The position numbers were made by a program, and so were the translations under genes. The notes below the pieces were generated by a model. The model worked only from the letters and a program-made list of their open reading frames with translations, was not told where the DNA came from and did no database searches. This document shows, in pieces, positions 7,446 through 15,430 of a stretch of 32,000 nt of DNA; position 1 is the stretch's first letter; every line of letters starts with the position of its first letter. This DNA is from Brachyspira murdochii DSM 12563 (GTDB lineage: Bacteria; Spirochaetota; Brachyspiria; Brachyspirales; Brachyspiraceae), in NCBI RefSeq assembly GCF_000092845.1, contig NC_014150.1, forward strand, positions 3,012,704-3,044,703, in the 5' to 3' direction.

Positions 7446-9301
7446 TTTGATATTCCTAATTTTTCTTTAATTATATCTATAAATGATAATAATATATTTT
7501 CATTTAATTGTCCATACCTTATAAACTCATCATAAGTAATTTTTATGCTGCTGCTTTCTTTTACAATATTATTATAAGTATTCTCTGGAATCATATCAGC
7601 ATTATTTTTAAATACATTCAAATCATAATATGCAGATAATTTCAAAGCCCATAATGCATGTTTCAGCTTTCTATCATTTATAAGTATAGGGTAGAGTAAC
7701 ATATAGCTTTTTGATAGTGTATTATCCAAATTTTTAATTTCTTTATAAGAATAAAAATCTGGAATATTTCTATATGAAATACTGCTTCCTTTCTTTATAA
7801 CATTGTTTATTTTGTATTTATCATTATTGTATGAGTATAATAAAGGCCAGTAAGTAGCATCTCCGTATAAATATTTTGCTATATCCCAATAATACATATC
7901 TTTTGATGTTATATATGATAAACTTGCTGCGTTCATTGAATTAAAAAATGTATTAACAACATCGTATAATTTTTGATTTTCTACATTATTGCTTGCTACA
8001 GTTCTATTGCTTCCATAATAAATAGATATAAACACACCAACTATTAGTATAAATATTATTATGAATGCTACTTTTAATATGCTTTTTAACAATTCAAAGT
8101 TTTCTTTTCGTTTCTTCATTTTCTTATTATCCAATTCCTTAGTATTTTTAATATTTAATAATTCTTTTTCTATATTTTTATTAGATATAGTATTTTTTAT
8201 TATATTCTTCTCGTTTAAATCATTTAAATCATTTTTATCAAAGTTATTAATATCAAGTAGTTCCTCTTTGCTGTATTCTTTCATTTCCGGATAATTATTT
8301 TCTTCTTTTTTGCTTTTTTCTTTTATTTCCATTACCTCTATCACATTTTCATTATCTTTCATGTCTTTATCATTTTCTAACAAATAATCTTTATCAAAGT
8401 TATTAATATCAAGTAATTCCTCTTTGCTGTATTCTTTCATTTCTGGGTAGTTAGTTTTTTCTTCTTTTTCTTCCTTTTTATTATTTTCAATTTTGTTTTC
8501 TTTATTATCATTTTCTATGCTGTCATCTTTATTTAAATAATCTTCATCAAAATTATTAATATCTAATAATTCTTCTTTGCTGTATTCTTTCATTTCTGGG
8601 TAGTCAATTTTTTCTTCTTGATTTTTTTCTTCTTCCATTATTACAGTATTTTCATTATCCTCTGTTTTTTCTTCATTTTCATTTAGATTTTTTATCATAG
8701 TATTTAAATCTATAGAATTATATGTTTTATTTTTCCATATATTTTCTATTATATTATCGTCTATAGAATTATTTTCTTCATCTATCACTTCTTCTAGTGT
8801 TTCATCATTATTGATATTTTCTATTCTTTTATTTAATATTTTATTATCTAATTCATCTAAAATATATTCAGCGATTTCATTATTTTTAGTATTTTTAACT
8901 TTATTTTCTAGGTAAGTATCAGGCTCAAATATGATATTTGAATTGTAATAAAATGTTCCGAAGTTTTCTATATATACATGCTCATTTTTTGATATATCTT
9001 TTATATTTTTGAAAATACTTTTATATATTGATTTCTCTAAGAAAATATTTTTTAGTTCTTTACTTTTGACATCAATTGATTCCAAAGATTCATCAAAGCT
9101 TTCATCTTCATTTGAAAAAAATATATTTTTATCTTCATCAGTACTAATTACACCAAGCTTATCCATATAAAATTTATTTCCGTTTATAATGGATAATGAT
9201 ATTTTATCAAAAAGTTCTTTAATGATTAAGTTGATTTCATTTTTGTCTATGTTAAATTCATTTGATATATTTTCTATTAGTGTATAATTTGTTTTAAACA
9301 T
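7442..9301 (-). CDS. Membrane protein with N-terminal HU/IHF-like segments, an acidic region carrying 3 conserved repeats, one TM helix and a C-terminal LysM-like segment.
   Basis: The 619-aa ORF has HU-like stretches (ELFDKISLSIINGNKFYMDKLGVIS; VYIENFGTFYY). YPEMKEYSKEELLDINNFD occurs three times. A KKMKKRK stretch is followed by the TM helix VAFIIIFILIVGVFISIYYG. The C-terminal segment DIAKYLYGDATYW...IKKGSSISYRNIP resembles LysM. Confidence 0.7.
   Translation of the reverse strand: MFKTNYTLIENISNEFNIDKNEINLIIKELFDKISLSIINGNKFYMDKLGVISTDEDKNIFFSNEDESFDESLESIDVKSKELKNIFLEKSIYKSIFKNIKDISKNEHVYIENFGTFYYNSNIIFEPDTYLENKVKNTKNNEIAEYILDELDNKILNKRIENINNDETLEEVIDEENNSIDDNIIENIWKNKTYNSIDLNTMIKNLNENEEKTEDNENTVIMEEEKNQEEKIDYPEMKEYSKEELLDINNFDEDYLNKDDSIENDNKENKIENNKKEEKEEKTNYPEMKEYSKEELLDINNFDKDYLLENDKDMKDNENVIEVMEIKEKSKKEENNYPEMKEYSKEELLDINNFDKNDLNDLNEKNIIKNTISNKNIEKELLNIKNTKELDNKKMKKRKENFELLKSILKVAFIIIFILIVGVFISIYYGSNRTVASNNVENQKLYDVVNTFFNSMNAASLSYITSKDMYYWDIAKYLYGDATYWPLLYSYNNDKYKINNVIKKGSSISYRNIPDFYSYKEIKNLDNTLSKSYMLLYPILINDRKLKHALWALKLSAYYDLNVFKNNADMIPENTYNNIVKESSSIKITYDEFIRYGQLNENILLSFIDIIKEKLGISK
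8237..8605 (-). repeat. Three in-frame copies of a ~60-nt core spaced 156 and 153 nt apart, inside the 7442..9301 CDS.
   Basis: The cores lie at 8237-8296, 8393-8452 and 8546-8605 (ATCAAAGTTATTAATATCAAGTA.TTCCTCTTTGCTGTATTCTTTCATTTC...). They are near-identical, while the spacers between them are diverged. Confidence 0.85.
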
Positions 9302-9352
9302 GTCTTACCCGCAAAATTATATATTATTGTAGAATTATATATCAATTTAGAA

Positions 9353-9386
9353 TAAAAAAAAGCCTAATTTATAACAAAATTAGGCC
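9353..9386 (-). terminator. Rho-independent terminator of trxA.
   Basis: A 9-bp stem, GCCTAATTT (9362-9370) with AAATTAGGC (9377-9385), is followed on the minus strand by a T-run (plus-strand A-run 9353-9360). Confidence 0.7.
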
Positions 9387-9410
9387 AAAATAAAATGTAT
9401 ATTTTTTATT

Positions 9411-9728
9411 TTATAGATAATCTTTCAACCATTCTTTTAATTGAGCTTCATTTTTCATACCTTCAGCTCTTTTTACAATCTCTCCGCCTTTAAATACTAT
9501 CAAAGTAGGTATTGACTGAACACCATATTTTGCAGCAATATCTTCTGCTTCATCAACATTAACAGCTCCGAAATTCATTTTATCTGAATACTGATCTGCT
9601 ATTTTATGTAATATAGGTGTCTGCATTTTACAAGGTCCGCACCATTCGGCAAAAAAGTCAACCAATATTGCTTTATCTCCACTGATAGAACCTTCAAAGT
9701 TATCTGATTTTAATTCTTGTACTGACAT
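9411..9728 (-). CDS. trxA: Thioredoxin.
   Basis: The WCGPC active site is present. The ATG at 9728 is preceded by GAGGGA. The track start at 9743 is a GTG lying within that RBS. Confidence 0.9.
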   Translation of the reverse strand: MSVQELKSDNFEGSISGDKAILVDFFAEWCGPCKMQTPILHKIADQYSDKMNFGAVNVDEAEDIAAKYGVQSIPTLIVFKGGEIVKRAEGMKNEAQLKEWLKDYL

Positions 9729-9835
9729 GTTTATTTCCCTCACTTATTTTATTGTTTTATTAGTATACTCTAACTTTACTAAAAGTCAATACCTTTTTTT
9801 ATTTTTTTAATATACCTATATGGTGTATATGGTGC

Positions 9836-9882
9836 TTGACTTATTTTTATTTTTATGTATAATAAGCTATCTTATTATAAGA
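9836..9882 (+). promoter_or_regulatory. Candidate sigma-70 promoter of the marR-like operon, with an overlapping palindromic operator.
   Basis: TTGACT (9836-9841) is separated by 16 nt from TATAAT (9858-9863). The palindrome TCTTAT-T-ATAAGA sits at 9870-9882 at the expected transcription start. A direct repeat ATACTTA follows downstream. Confidence 0.45.
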
Positions 9883-9907
9883 ATACTTACTATAAGGATA
9901 CTTATCA

Positions 9908-10324
9908 TTGGAGAATCTGCATTATTTACTTATGAAAGCCAATTCTATGTTTGCTCGTAAAGTAATGTATGAAGCAAATAAGATAGGACTTACATCAGGA
10001 CAGCCTAAAGTATTATATTTTTTATCCAAATTTAAAGAGGCTGACCAAAAGACAATAGCCAATTATTTGGAAATAGAACCTGCTACTGTAGGAAGCATAC
10101 TTCTTGGTATGGAGAAATCTGGTCTAATAGAGAGAAAACAGCGTGAAGGAAACAGGCGTTCTCTTTATGTATCGTTAACAGAAAAGGGTGTAGAAGTTTC
10201 AAATAATATGGAGAAAATATTTGAAGATGCTGAGAATATTGCTACTGATAGATTATCAGAAAAAGATAAAGAAAAATTAAAAAAACTATTGATTGAGATG
10301 TGTAATTCATTGAAAGGAGTTTAA
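9908..10324 (+). CDS. MarR-family transcriptional regulator.
   Basis: The 138-aa protein has a winged-HTH region (QKTIANYLEIEPATVGSILLGMEKSGLIERKQREGNRRSLYVSLTEKG). The start is uncertain: TTG at 9908 or ATG at 9932. Confidence 0.85.
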   Translation: MENLHYLLMKANSMFARKVMYEANKIGLTSGQPKVLYFLSKFKEADQKTIANYLEIEPATVGSILLGMEKSGLIERKQREGNRRSLYVSLTEKGVEVSNNMEKIFEDAENIATDRLSEKDKEKLKKLLIEMCNSLKGV

Positions 10325-10326
10325 TT

Positions 10327-10989
10327 ATGTTTAAGAAAATTTTAGAAAAGCGTATTATAGAAAGAACTATAATACTTTTAATAGGGCTTTATATTATGTC
10401 TTTAGGTATAGCTTTTTCTATTAAAGCATCACTTGGTACTTCTCCTATTTCGAGCGTACCATATGTTACAAGCTGCATATCAGGTCTTTCTGTAGGAGAA
10501 ACTACGATTCTTATTAATCTTGCATTTATATTAACACAAATACTTCTTCTTAGAAAAAAATATAATCCCTTTCAGCTTTTTCAAATACCAGCACTTATTT
10601 TATTTGGTATAATGATAGATATAAGCGGATCTTTAATAAAAAATATAACATACAGCAATTATTTTCAGCAATGGGTATTATGTTTTATTGGAATAATTTT
10701 GGTAGGTGTTGGAGTTAGTATAGAAATTATGGCAAAACTTGTAACTACTCCGGGAGAAGGTGTGGTGCTTGCTATATGCAAAGTTTTTCCTTTAAAATTT
10801 GGAAATACAAAAATTATGTTTGATGTTGTATTAGTAATGATTTCTTTAGTAACAGTTTTAATATTTTTAGGTCATTTAGAAGGGGTTAGGGAAGGTACTG
10901 TAATAGCTGCAATTTTGGTAGGATTTATAGCAAAACATTTGAGTAAGCCTTTAAAACTTTTAGAAAACAAATATTTACTTAATGAATAA
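10327..10989 (+). CDS. YczE/YyaS-like polytopic membrane protein.
   Basis: The 220-aa protein has multiple hydrophobic helices. The N-terminal motif LGIAFSIKASLGTSPISSVP is typical of the YczE family as I recall it. It starts 2 nt after the marR stop. Confidence 0.6.
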   Translation: MFKKILEKRIIERTIILLIGLYIMSLGIAFSIKASLGTSPISSVPYVTSCISGLSVGETTILINLAFILTQILLLRKKYNPFQLFQIPALILFGIMIDISGSLIKNITYSNYFQQWVLCFIGIILVGVGVSIEIMAKLVTTPGEGVVLAICKVFPLKFGNTKIMFDVVLVMISLVTVLIFLGHLEGVREGTVIAAILVGFIAKHLSKPLKLLENKYLLNE

Positions 10990-11022
10990 ATAATAATAAT
11001 AAATATTTATTTAGTTTATATG

Positions 11023-11070
11023 AAAAGCCTTGTTTCTATTGGAAGCATGGCTTTTATTATTATATTTTTT
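11023..11070 (+). terminator. Rho-independent terminator after the YczE-like gene.
   Basis: AAAAGCCTTGTTTCT (11023-11037) pairs with GGAAGCATGGCTTTT (11041-11055) with one mismatch and two G-U pairs. A T-rich tail follows. Confidence 0.55.
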
Positions 11071-11148
11071 ATATATGTATTAAATATAGGCTATAAATTA
11101 TATTTGTATTATTATTGTTGTATTTGAAATTAAATTTATTTTCCGCAA

Positions 11149-11180
11149 ATAAAAAAGCCCTGTTTATTAAAAACAGAGCT
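11149..11180 (-). terminator. Rho-independent terminator of fabF.
   Basis: On the minus strand, AGCTCTGTTT-loop-AAACAGGGCT is followed by TTTTTT. Confidence 0.65.
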
Positions 11181-11201
11181 TATTATTTTTATGATTTTTT
11201 A

Positions 11202-12455
11202 TTATATTTTTTTGAATACTATAGAAGCATTATGTCCGCCGAAACCGAAAGAATTACTTATAGCATATTCTATTTTGTAATCCTGAGCAGTATTAGCAAC
11301 AACATCTAAATCACATTCAGGATCTTGTTCTTCTACATTGATAGTAGGGTGAACTTTTCCTTCAATCATACTCATAACTGTAGCAATAGCCTCTATACCG
11401 CCTGCAGCACCTAGAGCATGACCTGTCATAGATTTAGTAGAGTTAATTTTTATTTTTTTAGCATTATCTTCACCTAAAGCCTTTTTAATAGCTTTTATTT
11501 CGGCAATATCTCCTACAGGAGTAGAAGTACCATGAGTATTGACATAGCTGATTTTATCAGGTGAAATTTTAGCACTTTCAATAGCTAATGACATAGCTCT
11601 TGCTCCCATAGCACCGTCTTCTAAAGGAGCAGTAATATGATTAGCGTCAGCAGTAAAGCCATAACCGCAGACTTCAGCAAGTATATTAGCATTTCTTTTT
11701 TTGGCATGTTCATATTCTTCAAGTATCAATATACCAGCACCTTCAGCAATAACAAATCCATCTCTTCCTTTATCAAAAGGTCTTGATGCTTTTGAAGGCT
11801 CATCATTTCTAGTAGATAAAGCTCTGGCATTATTAAATCCTGCTATAGTAAGAGGATTTATAGTAGCTTCAGAACCTCCTACTACCATAATATCAGCTTC
11901 ATTATCTTTTATGTGTTTATATCCCAAACCTATAGAGTGGTTTGAAGAAGCACAGGCAGTAACAGTACTGTAATTAGGACCGTTCATTCCATATTCCATA
12001 GAAATAAGTCCGGGTGTCATATTAATTATCTGCATTGGTACAAAGAAAGGGGAAACTCTGCTAGGACCATCAGAAAGTATAACATTATGATTGGATAAAA
12101 GAGTAGTTATTCCGCCAATACCGCTGCCAAGAACACAGCCTGCTCTTAGAGGATCAAAGCCTGTTTTAGGTTCTATACCAGCTTGTTTAAAAGCATGATA
12201 GGCTGCATATACTCCAAAATTAATGAAAGGATCTAATCTTCTTAACATTTTTTTATCGGAATAATAATCGCCTTCTAATGGTAAAGCTTCAGCACCGATT
12301 TTAGTAATAAGCTGCTCTTTTTCTGGATCAAAATATTTACTTAATGTTTTAATTCCAGAAACTCCATTAAGTAAGTTATTCCAAAAAGTTTTAACATCAT
12401 TTCCTAAAGAACTTACTATTCCAAGTCCTGTAATTACAACTCTGCGTTCACTCAT
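11202..12455 (-). CDS. fabF: Beta-ketoacyl-ACP synthase II.
   Basis: The 417-aa protein has the active-site motifs TACASS, HGTSTPVGD and KSMTGHALGAAG. Confidence 0.95.
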   Translation of the reverse strand: MSERRVVITGLGIVSSLGNDVKTFWNNLLNGVSGIKTLSKYFDPEKEQLITKIGAEALPLEGDYYSDKKMLRRLDPFINFGVYAAYHAFKQAGIEPKTGFDPLRAGCVLGSGIGGITTLLSNHNVILSDGPSRVSPFFVPMQIINMTPGLISMEYGMNGPNYSTVTACASSNHSIGLGYKHIKDNEADIMVVGGSEATINPLTIAGFNNARALSTRNDEPSKASRPFDKGRDGFVIAEGAGILILEEYEHAKKRNANILAEVCGYGFTADANHITAPLEDGAMGARAMSLAIESAKISPDKISYVNTHGTSTPVGDIAEIKAIKKALGEDNAKKIKINSTKSMTGHALGAAGGIEAIATVMSMIEGKVHPTINVEEQDPECDLDVVANTAQDYKIEYAISNSFGFGGHNASIVFKKI

Positions 12456-12484
12456 ATATAAAACTCCTATGATTTACAATATAT

Positions 12485-12534
12485 TAAAAAATTTCCCGTA
12501 AAAGATTTTTATACATATCTGTTTACGGGAAAAA
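12485..12534 (-). terminator. Hairpin plus T-run between acpP and fabF; a partial terminator or attenuator.
   Basis: A perfect 11-bp stem, TTTCCCGTAAA (12492-12502) with TTTACGGGAAA (12522-12532), is followed by a T-run on the minus strand. Confidence 0.6.
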
Positions 12535-12547
12535 TATAATATATTAA

Positions 12548-12784
12548 TTATTTTTTATGTTCTTCGATATATTTAGCAGCATCTGCTACATTTTTAATTT
12601 TTTCCTGATCTTCCTGAGGAATTTTGATGTCATAACGTTTTTCTAATTCCATGATTAATTCTACTAAATCAAGTGAATCAGCGTTTAAGTCATCTACAAA
12701 AGAAGCTGTATCAGTAATTTTGCTTTTGTCTGAGATGTTTAATTGATTAGCAACAACATCTTTAATTTCATCGATTAATGCCAT
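12548..12784 (-). CDS. acpP: Acyl carrier protein.
   Basis: The 78-aa protein carries the DLNADSLD phosphopantetheine attachment motif. Confidence 0.95.
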   Translation of the reverse strand: MALIDEIKDVVANQLNISDKSKITDTASFVDDLNADSLDLVELIMELEKRYDIKIPQEDQEKIKNVADAAKYIEEHKK

Positions 12785-12864
12785 TTTTTAATCTCCTTAA
12801 TTTTTTATAATTTATAATTTTATAATAAAGTGCCTGTTTTAAGCACATTATATACTTTAATTTA

Positions 12865-13614
12865 TTACATTGACATTCCGCCGTCAACGGCAATAACTTC
12901 TCCAGTAATATAGCTGCTCATATCGGAAGCTAAAAATAATACCAAGTTGGCAACATCTTCCGGAGTACCTAATCTTTTTAAAGGAGTTATACTCATAATT
13001 CCTTTAACTGTATCTTCAGGAAGTACATCTGTCATATCTGTTTGAATAAATCCCGGTGCTATAGCATTTACACATATATTTCTAGGAGCAAACTCTTTAG
13101 CCATAGACTTGGTAATACCAATAATACCAGCTTTAGCAGCAGCATAATTAACTTGTCCGGCATTACCCATTTTGCCTATAACACTTGATATATTAATTAT
13201 TTTTCCTTTTCTAGCTCTTAACATAGTTTTAGCAGCTTCTCTTGACATATAAAAAGCACCTGAAAGATTTGTTGATATTACATCATTCCAAGCACTATCG
13301 TCCATTTGTATAACAAGCATATCTTTAGTTATACCCGCATTATTTACAAGTATATCTATAGAGTTAAATTTTTCTATAGTTTTAGCAATTACTTCTTTGC
13401 AGGATTCGCTTGATTTTGCATCATGCTCTAATGCTAAAGTTTCTATATTGTAAGATGATTTTAACTCTTCAGCAACCTGAGAAGCCTTATCAAGATTTGT
13501 AGCTGTAACTACTATATTAGCTCCTTCTTTAGCTAAAGCTTCAGCTATTTTTTTACCTATTCCTCTGCTGGAACCTGTTACTATAGCTGTTTTATTTTTA
13601 AGATTTAAGTCCAT
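12865..13614 (-). CDS. fabG: 3-oxoacyl-ACP reductase.
   Basis: This is an SDR with TGSSRGIGK and YAAAKAG (YxxxK) motifs. The ATG at 13614 (MDLNLKNKTAIVTG) is preceded by AAGGA. The track extension to 13692 is hydrophobic junk that overlaps the promoter. Confidence 0.9.
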   Translation of the reverse strand: MDLNLKNKTAIVTGSSRGIGKKIAEALAKEGANIVVTATNLDKASQVAEELKSSYNIETLALEHDAKSSESCKEVIAKTIEKFNSIDILVNNAGITKDMLVIQMDDSAWNDVISTNLSGAFYMSREAAKTMLRARKGKIINISSVIGKMGNAGQVNYAAAKAGIIGITKSMAKEFAPRNICVNAIAPGFIQTDMTDVLPEDTVKGIMSITPLKRLGTPEDVANLVLFLASDMSSYITGEVIAVDGGMSM

Positions 13615-13663
13615 ATTTATCCTTTTTATATGTATAAAAGATACATAATAAACATATACATAT

Positions 13664-13692
13664 ATTAAAACAAAATATAATAAATTTGTCAA
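13664..13692 (-). promoter_or_regulatory. Candidate sigma-70 promoter for fabG-acpP-fabF.
   Basis: On the minus strand, TTGACA (13692-13687) is separated by 17 nt from TTTAAT (13669-13664). Confidence 0.4.
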
Positions 13693-13715
13693 GCAAAAAT
13701 CATAACTTTAAAATT

Positions 13716-13742
13716 TTCGACTTTTTTGGTTTAAAAGTCGAA
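13716..13742 (-). terminator. Perfect 10-bp hairpin downstream of the phosphohexomutase gene.
   Basis: TTCGACTTTT (13716-13725) pairs with AAAAGTCGAA (13733-13742) across a 7-nt loop. The flanks are A/T-rich on both sides. Confidence 0.5.
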
Positions 13743-13860
13743 GTAGTTAATTTTTACTATTAATATTTTGTATCAATTTGTATATATTTTTATAAGATGT
13801 TAATAAAATAAAACAAGAGATAAAGCTATACCCCTTGTCTTATTTATTAATTATAAAATA

Positions 13861-15297
13861 TTATTTTTTAGTTTTTACTTCTTTTGTTTTAGTATCTTTT
13901 TTAGTTTTAACTGATTTAGATGCCTTATTATCAGATGATTTTTTTGAAGTTTTTTCACCTTTTATCATGTCCATTGCAGCATTTATTAATTCTTTAGCTT
14001 CTTTTTTAGTTTTAGCTTCTGCGATAATACGTACTATAGGCTCTGTATTTGAAGAACGTACATGAAGCCAGCCTTCTTCCAAATCTATTTTTATTCCGTC
14101 AATAGATGTTATTTTAGCTTTAGGGTACTCTTCTTTAATTTGTTTTAAGAAATTATCTTCATCAATTTTTGATACTTCTAGTTTTTCTTTTACTATCTCA
14201 TATTTAGGTATTTCATTTACTAGCTCTGTTATAGTTTTTCCTGTTTTAGCCATTAATTCTAATATTAATGCTATACCCAAAAGAGAATCTCTTCCCGGAG
14301 TTACAGCAGGAACTATTATTCCTCCATTGCCTTCGCCTCCAAAGTATAATTTATTTTTTACAACATGAGAAGAAACATTTATTTCTCCTATCTTAGTACG
14401 GTCAACAGAATAGCCTTTTTCTTTTGCCAAATCATCTATCATTCTTGATGTAGATAAGTTTACTGCAGCATTTCCTTTTCCTACAAGCCATAAATATTTA
14501 GCACATAAAGCCAAAGTATACTCTTCGCTTATTATAGTGCCGTCATCAAGAACTAATGCAAGTCTGTCAGCATCTGGGTCTTGAGTAAATCCTATATTAA
14601 CCTTATTTTTTTTCACTAACTCTGACAAACTCTTCATACTAGCAGCAGAAGGTTCAGCAACATGAGCAAATTTTCCAGTAAGCTCATTATTTATTGAAAC
14701 CTCTTTTACTCCTAATGCTTTAAGTAGGGGAGGAGTAGCAAATAAACCTGTACCATTAACATAATCGCAGGCTACTTTAAAATTAGCTTTTTTTATTTTA
14801 TCAGTATCTATCCATCTTAAAATACGTTTTATATGCTCTTCTATAGCATTATCTATTTTCTCATATGTTCCTGTTTCTAATGCTTTAACAAATCTTGAAG
14901 CCTTTTTCTCATAAAGTTTCATAAGTTCATTAACAGCTTTCTCATCTAAAAAATGTCCGCCTTTACCTATAAGTTTTAAAGCGTTCCATTCTATAGGATT
15001 ATGGCTTGCAGATATCATTATTCCGCCATGTATTTTTAGTTTTTCAACCATATATAATGCTGTAGGCGTAGGTGTTATTCCTATATCTATTACATTGATA
15101 CCTGATGCCATTAATGTAGAAGCAACCGCATTTAATATAGATTCTCCTGTTATTCTTGTATCTCTTGCTACTAAAACTTTTGCCTTTTTTGGAAAAAGAC
15201 ATGCAAATGCCGAAGTATAATCTACTATAGTTCTTATATCTAAACCATCTCCTATTATTCCTCTTATTCCTGATATGCTTGTTTTTAATGTTGGCAT
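13861..15297 (-). CDS. Alpha-D-phosphohexomutase (phosphoglucosamine/phosphomannomutase family) with a Lys-rich C-terminal extension.
   Basis: The catalytic loop ISASHNP and the Mg site FTQDPDADR are present. A GEGNGG sugar-binding loop follows. A ~33-aa tail, GEKTSKKSSDNKASKSVKTKKDTKTKEVKTKK, comes after the conserved domain end. Confidence 0.85.
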   Translation of the reverse strand: MPTLKTSISGIRGIIGDGLDIRTIVDYTSAFACLFPKKAKVLVARDTRITGESILNAVASTLMASGINVIDIGITPTPTALYMVEKLKIHGGIMISASHNPIEWNALKLIGKGGHFLDEKAVNELMKLYEKKASRFVKALETGTYEKIDNAIEEHIKRILRWIDTDKIKKANFKVACDYVNGTGLFATPPLLKALGVKEVSINNELTGKFAHVAEPSAASMKSLSELVKKNKVNIGFTQDPDADRLALVLDDGTIISEEYTLALCAKYLWLVGKGNAAVNLSTSRMIDDLAKEKGYSVDRTKIGEINVSSHVVKNKLYFGGEGNGGIIVPAVTPGRDSLLGIALILELMAKTGKTITELVNEIPKYEIVKEKLEVSKIDEDNFLKQIKEEYPKAKITSIDGIKIDLEEGWLHVRSSNTEPIVRIIAEAKTKKEAKELINAAMDMIKGEKTSKKSSDNKASKSVKTKKDTKTKEVKTKK

Positions 15298-15430
15298 TTA
15301 AAACTCCTGAAAAATTATATGAATATATTATAAAATAATTAGATATAAAAGTAAAATATTTTATTTTATAATTTTTATTGATATTAGTTGGGCGTTCTAT
15401 ATTGAAGATTATAAATTACATTAAAATATC

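Noticed and set aside
13615-13692. The N-terminal extension of fabG given in the ORF track (MTNLLYFVLIYVYVYYVSFIHIKRIN).
   Set aside because: The extension is hydrophobic junk that overlaps a TTGACA-17-TTTAAT promoter. The SDR fold begins at MDLNLKNKTAIVTG, which has its own AAGGA RBS.
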